Assembly (NCBI GenBank): GCA_020891255.1 | Contig: BQFW01000001.1 | Span: forward strand, 1,426,001-1,490,000 | Direction of reading: 5' to 3' | From: Entomortierella parvispora E1425 | Taxonomy: Eukaryota > Fungi > Mortierellomycota | Length of the DNA: 64,000 nt | Shown: positions 47,221-56,684 of the stretch, piece after piece | Layout of the letters: each line of letters starts with the position of its first letter | Numbering within the stretch: position 1 is the first letter of the stretch | Position numbers and translations under genes: made by a program | The notes under the pieces: model-generated | Databases searched by the model: none | Seen by the model: the letters and a program-made list of their open reading frames with translations, nothing else | What the model was told of the DNA's origin: nothing

Positions 47221-50200
47221 TTAAATGAGTCGACGCCTTTTTTCTGCTTGAAAATTCTGGTATGGCGAGAACCCCATCTCGTTGGTAAAATTCCTCTTGC
47301 TCAACGCGGGAACCTTTCGAACGAGATCATCATACGAACGATAAGGAACATTCTCCAGAATATCTTTGACCTCACTGTCTTTAAGATTCTTTTTTTTAAG
47401 AGTATCCTCGGTTGCGAAATTCCAATTGACATCCTCCGAAAGCGCGAGAGCAGCGGATACGCCGAATGCTTGGCCAAAGTACTTGGTGAAATTGCCTTGG
47501 TAGATCAAGAGACAGTTTTCCGGAAACGAATCGTTGAGCGCTTTAAAGTTGGTATCACCCACATTCGCGGTGGTGATAAGGACGGTGATGATTTGGGCAT
47601 TTTTGACACCATCCTCAGCCAAGAGTGACCCTTCGGGCACTTTTTCAATCGCCTTTTGGTTTTTTTCATGCTCGTCCTTAATTGTCTTCAAAGTCATACC
47701 AGCTGACGTCCACATCTTCGCCTGGATTCCAAAGAGGATGTTGTCGCCGTTGTCACCGTTGCCGCTTGAGCTCTCAGGACAAACGCTCTCGCGACAAACG
47801 AATATATCCGCGAACGATGCTCCGGCGGCATTGTTAAACACTTTATCTGACCTCCATTCCAGTTCTTGCTCCCCAGCCACCGTTGGCCTTCCTGACTCTG
47901 GGAAGCGGTGTGTTAACGTGACAGCCGACAGTTCTTTGAGCTTGACAATGCGGTTCAAGGTCTCCGGACGCCCCATAGCTCCAGGGTATATTTCCCCAAT
48001 AGTCGCAGTTTCACAATCGGCAAAAAGAAGATTCGTGCGCAACGCCTCGAAATCAGCCACAATGCCTTCAAAAAATTTCGATCCTCGGCTGGACTCCCAG
48101 TCCTGCAAAAAAATCATTTTAAGAAGGCTCTGAACCTGTTCGACGACTCTGTTATAACGGAATAGGAAAAAGAAGGGTATTCGGACCAGTACTTTTCCAT
48201 CGTTATCATCGCCGTCTTCCAATATCGTGTGCATTTCACGCTCCAGGACATCGAGGGTGTATAGTGGGAATTGATCAGATGGGACAAGACGGCGTTCGAC
48301 TGGCTTTTGAAGGAGGCACAGCCGGACAAGTGCACAAACAAGATCCCTGTGCGTTTTGGCGAAGTCAGTGATTGAATACAACTGGTCGAGCCTCGTTCCG
48401 ACATCATCGAAAATGTTCTCAGTTTCCTCATCGATTTTAGAGAGCTTTTCTAAAAATTTGGAGTAGTTCTCCAGCCGAGGCCCAAAAAACTTCTCTAGTA
48501 AGAGCTGCAGTGCCCGTGGAAGACCTCCTGTGGCCGTCAGCAAGTAAAGAATCCCCCTCTTTGGTATCCACTGACAAGGACGGACTGAGTCGGATTCCAT
48601 AAAATGATCCATGATGTCATAGCAGGCTCCCAAGGACAACGACGGACAGGATAAAAACTCGAAGGAACATAGCGTCGGCCTAGCAGCCAAGGTTACTTCC
48701 AGTCGAGCAGTTCCTGAAAGAAACGTCTGGATTATATCAGGATTGATCGTGCCGGTCATGTAGTTTCCTAGGGTGAGCATCATATCCTTGAACAGGCCGA
48801 GACCTTCCTCTGTGCAGCTTTCGGTTTTGTCACCAGCTAAATGAATTTCAGTTTCAGGCAGAGATGGTCGGTCGCGGTCAGGAGTTTCCTTCCAGCGATG
48901 ATTGAAGATTCTTTGGAATTCGTCAATGTGTAGAAAGAGAAAAATTGGTTTCTCTGCCGGAAGCTTTAAGTTCTCGCGGATAGCGATGATGACATTGGAG
49001 AGAGTGAAAAGGCCGTAGTTGTCCTTAGCTCGGTAGTGGAAATCAAGAAAAGATTCAATGTATTTGTCTTGGAAGAAATGAAAATACGCCAAGCGCAAGC
49101 CAAGAATGATTTCTGCATCGAGCTTGGCATCAAACTGATGCAACTCAGCGTCTTTGGCGAAATCGAGCACCGCGTAATAGTGGTAAGGCGAGTAATCGAT
49201 ACCTTTCTCTTTGACTTTTTTCGAAAGATTTTGCCGCAAGTTGTTGTTCAGCTCCATACCATAGCGTGTTTTCCCTAATGGATTCAATGCCAAGTTGTTG
49301 GTATCTTTGTTCTCAAATAAAATCGCATCGTTATACTTCGATGAATGAGTGTCCTTACCAATCCCAGCTGCTCCGCTGCACACAAGGAACGAGCTCAACG
49401 CATTTGCGACTGGTCTATCCTTCTTTGAACCAATACAGTTTATGACATTTGCAACAACTCTTTTGACAGGTTTATCAAAGGGACGTTCCAACAGAGGCAT
49501 CATGCCAGATACTTTAGGCACTGGATCTGATACTCGGCCGCGAGGATGGAAGATTCCCTGTATTCCCTCAATAATGTCCGTAATCCCTATGTCAATAACA
49601 TCCGTGTTAATCAGTCCAGTCGACCAGTTGAAGTCGTTCTACAGGAAGGAGTCTCGCACTCACCATGGGACATCATTCGAGTAGGACGAGGCACTTCCAA
49701 CTCGAGTCTTTGTGGTGCACCTGTAACTATTTTTTTAAACAAACCCTCCCAGATTAGTCAGCCGCGCACGGACCAAGGAGCCAGAAGACAGAGTAGTTCT
49801 TTGGCCTTCTGGCTCCTGGCTAACTCACATCTTGAAGAAAACCAAATTCGGTGGTGAAGTACTCACTGGGAAGCAAACAAGTTTGTTCTTGAACACCAAG
49901 ATAAATGTCTGGGTTGGCTGTAACAGGAGATTAAAGTGCATGGTCCGCAATTAGAACAATGAGGCAGGAGGAACATCTCCACAAGCTTGCATACTTAATC
50001 CACGAGCAAGGCTGCATTACCTGACTGTGGTCGCTGGATGATAATGTGAATGGTGTCCTTGGGCAGCGGTAATGGAAGAGCTTTGGAGAGTTCGTCCATC
50101 GGGTGAAGCACTGTTGAATCATCTTTGTTTAGGGTGATTGGCTCATGCAAGTCGGTCGAATCGAGGGGAATGGAGACGCGCCAGAGAACCAGGTCTGTTG

Positions 50201-50375
50201 GTTGCAGGCCCTCAAACCAATTCGGGTGTGAAGCGTAAATGGTCGCTCTGAGCTGAATGACACTTTGCGGTTCAGGAAACGGCGTCGGTCGTGAAAGTGT
50301 GTTTAGGTGGAAACTCTTCGTAATGCCATCGCCTTCCACAACACATCGAAGGGTGGAGATGTAGTTCATTGTCAT
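47221..50375 (-). CDS. Crinkler-type protein CRN2 (Ubl header - P-loop NTPase - REase-like); exons 50375-50021, 49720-49664, 49586-49359, 49274-47221
   Basis: Header LRCVVEG..LVLWRVSIP..IHIIIQRP; all joins phase-consistent; spliced Walker A CSGAAGIG|KTRYG; Walker B FLHIDEFQ; C-terminal NNAAGASFAD...GIQAK (PD-(D/E)xK-like). Confidence 0.85.
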
Positions 50376-50589
50376 AATGGCGGAGCGAGAGTAGAAATCA
50401 GGGACGGATGCAGTAGAAAAAAGAGAAAGCGAAAAAAAAAGATGGACGAAGCGCCTGATTGCTGCTCAACGATGAAGGTTGAAGGAGGCAGAAGGAAGAA
50501 AAAGACAGACGAAGAAGTGGAGAAAGGGGCAATTGGAGGGTGCGGTGGCCCGTGCCGAATGACCTGACCTGGAGATATGTCGTATGTCG

Positions 50590-50870
50590 CAGGGCACAAT
50601 TCTCGCAAGATCTCTTCTCCTACTGCCACCCCCCATCCTGGGAGCACCATGCCAGCCTGGCTCGTGCGGGTGCACTTTATTTTTTGTCCCAAAGTGATGG
50701 ATGTGGATAAAGCGTGGACCTTTGGCTTGTACCGAAGCAGGGATGCCCAAATAATTTCACCCGCCTTTTCTTTTCTTTTCTTGATTGTCGTTCTACAAAC
50801 TTGTCTTTGTGTGGATGCCTCACTGTTTCCCCCATGTGGCAATCCGTGGATTAGACTCTTTCATTTGGTT
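50590..50870 (+). repeat. Older Myb-gene fragment joined to a direct copy of the 42185-42345 element
   Basis: CAAGATCTCTTCTCCTACTGCCACCCCCCATCCTGGGAGCACC (50606-50648) resembles Myb 41204-41242; it is followed by TGGCTCGTGCGGGT.CACTT..TTTTTGTCCCAAAG.GATGG, as at 42187-42230. Confidence 0.75.
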
Positions 50871-51610
50871 GTTGGGACCACCCCACCGTCCGTACTGCGT
50901 TCGATCTTTTTTTTTAAAAAAAAATTGTCGCGTCCCAATGCGCGTCCTGCTGAAATGCCACCGATCGTCCCAAACCGTCAAGTCTGAATTCACAGGTCTT
51001 GCTTCCCCTCCAGTTACCCGCGACATCATTCTCTTTGCCATTCCCTCAAAGAGTACCACGACGTTTTATTCTGTTGTTGGCTCCCAATCTCACTGGATTC
51101 GAGCATGTTCCTTCGTCAAGGATGGTTGCCTCTCCTTTACAGCGGGTCTGCGGCTCCCCTATACCTCGGACAATGTCAAAGACAGGACTTCAATGAATGT
51201 TCTGCTTCTCCGTCAGTGGTCGCTAAAGGTATATGAAAAGAAAATCCCCTTTCTCCTGATCCGATGGCTTTTTTTAAAAAAAGAGGAAAGCGATCATTCT
51301 CTGAGATGATGAGGGCCCATTCAAGAGGGCAGAGAGGCGAGAGGAAGAGAGCAATCGTTGATCTTGAGTGTGATAAATGGCCTCGGTCAGACCCACACTT
51401 CATTTGCGTTTGTAGACTAGATGAAAACGCGTGGCATACCTCCCTTTCTCTTCCACTTCTCCATCTTTTTCTTCCTTTTTTTTGTTACCATCCTTCTTTA
51501 TTTTTGCTCACAGTGGTCTCCATCCCCTTGTCTTTTTCTCATTTCGAGTTTTTGATTGCTGGCTCCATCCCCATATTGAAAAACTAACCGTCTCACTCAC
51601 CACAAAAAAA

Positions 51611-52804
51611 ATGCTTCATCGATTCCTCCATCTCGGCGAAAATACGAGGACAGGTCAACCACTCCTAGAAGCCCAGCTTCAAGATGCGTCACAGCTATCA
51701 TCACCATCATCACGCTCACTTTCTGATCTGTCTTCATTTTATCCGCCTCATGCTGAACCTCACGCAAGGCAAAATCTCAAACAACCCTCGCCCCGCCGAT
51801 GGAACACATTGCATCGCGACCCTTCGCGACTCAACCTAGAACAGCACGGTCTTCGAGACGCGTTTATAGAGTCCAGCCAAGAGCCTGAGAATCCAAAGCG
51901 CCCGATCTTCCATGATAACAACAACAGCTGCAACTCGGGTCCGCCTTCTCCGATACCAAACGAGGAATACGAGGAATCTCTGCCCGCCAGGACACTGGTC
52001 CGATTGACAAAGGCAGGCACGGTCGACTCGACGGCGTCCGTTCCCTCATGCTCACAAACGAACGCGCTCGAGATTCGTGTTTGGAAGAACGAGACTGAAT
52101 CCCACCCCCAGACGTTGAGGACCTCGGCCCTGGCTTTGAACCCTTCTTCCAAAGCACCGCTCACATCCACACCCCACGGCGTCAGCAAAACTAGCAGACA
52201 TTACGACGACAACGATGGAGAGGAAGACGAGCTGTATAAAGGCCGCCACCATCGTCACGATGAGGATGTAGAGGAGGACACTCCGGATACTTCCTACCCC
52301 CATGTTCTCACCCAAGAGGAACCCTCGTCGCAAAGGCTTCTGAGCCGCATCGAGGTCGGTTCTTGCTATGTCCCTGTGGTCCAGAACACGGTCCGGGTCA
52401 CTTGTGAAAACTGTTGGCGCCAATTCCTGCTCACGGCCAAGGACCCCTGTAGATTGGAACGCCATCAGCAACAGTTTTGTCGGACCAAGACACAGCGGCG
52501 GGTCCAGAGAGGGTGGTCCGAGATTGAGGCCTTGACAGATCGACTCCAGCGCCGCGTTGGCTTGATCTGTCGGACTGCGGGCAAAGAAGAAGAGGGAAAA
52601 GAAGAGGAAGAGGAATCCAAGAAGGGGAGGCGAGAGATGGGTGCAGGGTCAGGCTATCAGCAAGGATGGGGACGGGGACTCGGCTATGGATATTACTTGG
52701 GAAAGAAAGTCTCGAAACAGAATCGAGAACGGATGATGAGAGAGGCAGAAGCCCTGGAGAAGAAGGAGTGGAGGGTGACCGAGATGGAAGACCAAGACGA
52801 ATAA
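51611..52804 (+). CDS. Hypothetical low-complexity protein (~397 aa) with a C-x2-C-x16-H-x4-C motif
   Basis: Long intronless ORF after an A-rich ATG context; CENC...H QQQF C motif; acidic/basic C-terminus. Confidence 0.6.
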   Translation: MLHRFLHLGENTRTGQPLLEAQLQDASQLSSPSSRSLSDLSSFYPPHAEPHARQNLKQPSPRRWNTLHRDPSRLNLEQHGLRDAFIESSQEPENPKRPIFHDNNNSCNSGPPSPIPNEEYEESLPARTLVRLTKAGTVDSTASVPSCSQTNALEIRVWKNETESHPQTLRTSALALNPSSKAPLTSTPHGVSKTSRHYDDNDGEEDELYKGRHHRHDEDVEEDTPDTSYPHVLTQEEPSSQRLLSRIEVGSCYVPVVQNTVRVTCENCWRQFLLTAKDPCRLERHQQQFCRTKTQRRVQRGWSEIEALTDRLQRRVGLICRTAGKEEEGKEEEEESKKGRREMGAGSGYQQGWGRGLGYGYYLGKKVSKQNRERMMREAEALEKKEWRVTEMEDQDE

Positions 52805-52916
52805 TCCATATCAAAAACATATACCCATCCGGGATTCCAAATACATATTGGGTCACCTTTTGTACATGCAATAAATCCAACCAGAAAAAATCGTCTTACA
52901 GGACAGGGTGTTTAAT

Positions 52917-54826
52917 CTAAAAGGGCAGCTTGGGTGATTTTTTGGGCTTTTCCGCCTCCTCCTCTTCATCATCGTCGCCGTTGTCGTCGTTGTCGTCGTC
53001 ATTACGGCCTTTATCGTCCTCATCCTCATCCTCATCGTCATCTTCCTCATCATCGCCATGCCCGCCATCCAAAAGGCCTTCTCCACGATCCAGGCGCTTC
53101 TTGACAGTGTTCTTCTTGGGTTTTTCAGGTAAACTCAAGAACCGACCCCCCATCAATTTCGACAAGATAATACCCGTGGCGACTCCGACATTCAAAGAAT
53201 CGACGTTGGTTTCGATCTGGGACAGGTTGGGAATCTGAATAAACGAATCACACTGGTTCTGGATCTGTTTCCGAATGCCATCGCCTTCACCGCCCATCAC
53301 CAATATTGTGGGCTGGGTCACTCCAGTGTCGGGCCATTTCTGTAGAGGGCGGTTGCGCTTGGACCCATAGGTGACATGGGCTCCAACGACATGCCATCCG
53401 TTCTTTTGAGAGTTCTATTAGCAGCGCGATACAAAGGACGGGAAATATGTCAGCGTCCTGAACCATGTCGAATTATCCAACACTCAAAATTAACTGGCCA
53501 AAAATTACCTGGATAAACTTCATAAGACTCCTGACGCTATAAGTCGGTCTGGCTTCCAAGGCCCCCACACTCGCCTTAGCCACCACAGCCGAAAGAGGGG
53601 AGCTGTTCTTGGTGCAGACCACAACGCCGTCCACCCCCAAAAACATGGATGTTCTCAGGATGGCTCCCAAATTTTGGGGATCCACGACCTGATCACAAGC
53701 CACCCAGATAGGAGGTTGGTTTGCTTTAGAGGTAAAGGATGCGGTGTTGGTTTTAGACATGACAGAGTAAGTGTTGTCTTCCACAGAGACCTCGCTCAAT
53801 CCAACCACAGCATTATCTTTGAGTCGAGACGCTTCCAAGATCACGCCCTGATAAATACAAGAAAAAAAAAAGAGGATTTTCAGTCGGACGAAATTCGCTT
53901 TACTCGATTTCTCTGGTTTTTTCTGGCCAAAGGAAACATACCTGATGAGGGCGTTGGCCCGCCATTGTATTGAGCTCATGCCTGTCCGTCTTGACAACTG
54001 GGATACCCTCCCGTGTGGCAGCATCGATACAGTCTTTCACAGGATCGTCCTTGTATCTATACGGCCAGGCAAACAACACGAAAGAGAGGGTGAGAAAGAA
54101 AGTCCCTGATTTCCAACCAAAAAGAAAAAGCATTTCATGGAGGCCCTCGCATACATACTTTTTTCTGTTCTGGGTGACAGTCTGGCTATAGTACAACTTG
54201 TAAGGGGTACGGTACCCGTTCAACATGGCTGGCAGGACCACATTGGGCGAGTAAAGATAGTCCCGATCGGGGTCCATGTTTTGACTGGGTCCACCTCGTC
54301 TCGTGGGTGAAAACTCTGGGTCGTATGTACGCGTGCCTGCACTTTGACTCTTGCCGCCGACACGTCGATCGCTACCAGAGCCAAAGGAGGAAGACCTTTC
54401 GCGATCATAGCTTCTGCTGCCGTTTTGTGATCCGTATCCGTATCTGTCGGAAGATGATGGACGATCCGACCGCTGGAATGAGCGCGACGGTGAGGAGGAG
54501 GAGGAAGAGGAGGAAGAGGATTCCTCTCGCGAGGGGAAGGATGAGCGTCCATATTTGCCAGTATCCAGTTTATCAAAGGGGTCCGAAGAGGAAGAGGAGG
54601 ACCGTCCGTATCCGCCAGCGTCCTGTCTTCTAGAGGTACCAGAGTAGGAGGAGGAGGCTTTTTTCCTTTTGTCTCGTCTCTCGAATCCGGATCCATCACC
54701 ATACCGATCCTCCCTCAACAGGATCGCAGACGTATTGAAACACCTTTGGGTGTAGAGGGATCCAATCCGGTTCAGAGGAGCGCTACTGCTCCGTACGGCG
54801 ACCAAGGTCCTATAGATGTGCGCCAT
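52917..54826 (-). CDS. MRM1: Mitochondrial rRNA methyltransferase (SpoU/TrmH family); exons 54826-54159, 54056-53942, 53847-53509, 53414-52917
   Basis: Arg/Ser-rich presequence-like N-terminus; DQVVDPQNLGAILRT, LVMGGEGDG, SLNVGVATGI (SPOUT motifs); acidic tail. Confidence 0.88.
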
Positions 54827-55115
54827 TGGGATTGCTGGGGGTGAAGTGAATGTGAATGAGGCCACAGCGATGCTTGTTCCAGTCCAGGAGCGATTCCTTT
54901 TAGAGAGAGCGAGGGTGGTTGATCAGCAAGGTTGATTCCCAGAAAGGCGAGAAATGGGACAAAAGAAAGGGAAACAGACAAGGGCGGGTGGCTGAGCAAA
55001 CAGTCGCTTTGGGTCTCGTTCTGTTCGCGAGCGATTCATGTGCGCTGCATTCATTCATATATTCATCCTTCTTTCTGGACAAAGACTCGACTCGACTCGA
55101 CTCTCCACCACCACC

Positions 55116-55170
55116 AGGACAGGACAGGACAGGACAGGACAGGACAGGACAGGACAGGACAGGACAGGAC
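55116..55170. repeat. (GGACA)n pentanucleotide microsatellite in the MRM1/PRP38 divergent spacer
   Basis: About 11 tandem copies directly upstream of the PRP38 ATG. Confidence 0.9.
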
Positions 55171-55196
55171 CCTCACTCTCGTCCACTCATTACATC

Positions 55197-56349
55197 ATGG
55201 CCATGGACAACAAGACCGTGCGGGATGCCATCGCAATCCGCGGCACAGACCCCCAATTCCTGATTGAAAAGATTCTTCGCACACGCATCTACGAATGTTC
55301 GTACTGGAAGGAGCAATGCTTTGGCTTGACGGGTATGTCTCCTCTCTCTCCATTTGGGCCCTAATTATTACATCCTCTGGCTCCGACAACAAACTCAACA
55401 AAGGAACTCATCTGCCACTTTCTCTCTACTAGAATCCACTATCATCGAAAAGGCGTACGAATTGACATGCATTGGAGGACAATACGGAGTCCAGAAACCC
55501 ACAGACTTTATGTGCCTAGTCCTCAAGCTTCTTCAACTTCAGCCTCGAGAGCAGATCGTCATCAAATACATCACTGGCCTGACAGAATCCGAGAACAACA
55601 AGTAAGTGTTTGACCCATTTTTCAACCGGCAGTGGAGGCAACGATTTCCTTTTTTTTTCCTTTTTTCTTCAAGATCACATTCTAATGGCTCTGGTTGACA
55701 TAGATATCTTCGAGCCCTGGGTGCGTTTTATCTTCGCCTGGTTGGGAAACCGGTCGACATTTACACCTACCTGGAGCCACTTCTGGACGACAGTCGCAAA
55801 CTTCGGAAACGGGGCATGGGCGGTTACTCCATTATTCACATGGACGAGTTCATTGACGAATTGCTACGGGAGGAACGTGTGTGTGATGTGGTCTTGCCAA
55901 GATTGGTCAAGAGACATGTCCTGGAGGATTCAGGCGATCTGGACCCTCGTGTGAGCACCTTGGAGGCTTTGGAGATGGAGCTGGAACAGGAACGCTTGGC
56001 AGAAGAGAGGGCTGCAGCAGGTGCTGGCGAGGGAAGTGATGCTGAGGATCGATCAAGATCGAGATCTAAATCCAGATCCAAGTCTAGATCTCGCTCTCGT
56101 TCTCGCCCCAGTTCTCGTTCTCGTTCTCGTTCTCGTTCTAGGTCTAGGAGCCCAGATAGGAGGAGACGCCGCGATGTGAGTGCGAGTCGGTCTCGATCCA
56201 GATCTCGGTCTCGCAGTCGATCACCCGCTCGGAAAAATCATGGACGCCGGGGCCGCAGCGCATCTCGGAGCCCTGATCGCAAACGGAGGGCATCGCACAG
56301 GAGCAAAAGTCGAAGCCGTAGCAGAAGTAGAAGTAGAAGTAGATCCTAA
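55197..56349 (+). CDS. PRP38: Pre-mRNA splicing factor 38 (PRP38A-like) with RS-rich tail; at least 2 introns (after ~55332 and ~55603)
   Basis: RGTDPQFLIEKILRTRIYECSYWKEQCFGLT; KPTDFMCLVLKLLQLQP; YLRALGAFYLRL; MDEFIDELL; RS repeats. Confidence 0.92.
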
Positions 56350-56684
56350 GAAACCCTTTTTTTTTACCCCGCAACAAAAATACATGGACCAACTGCAATG
56401 ACATACATGACTTGTCTTCAAAACACACAAAAAATGTTTTTAATGACTTCTGATAAGTGGGGTGGATATCTTCTTGCTTGATTTCATTTCACCATGAGAG
56501 CGATTACAGCAACGATGTTGGTTGCGTGCTATCAGCAAGCATCGCTCGCCGCAGAACAAGCCCAGTTGTATCGATTTACTCCCAATCATTGGCCATAAAT
56601 CGCCATTGGTATTCCTGATCACCCAGACAAAATGAATGCAAGCATTCTCCGATGGTCAGCTGTAATGGATGAGAAAAGCCACTG

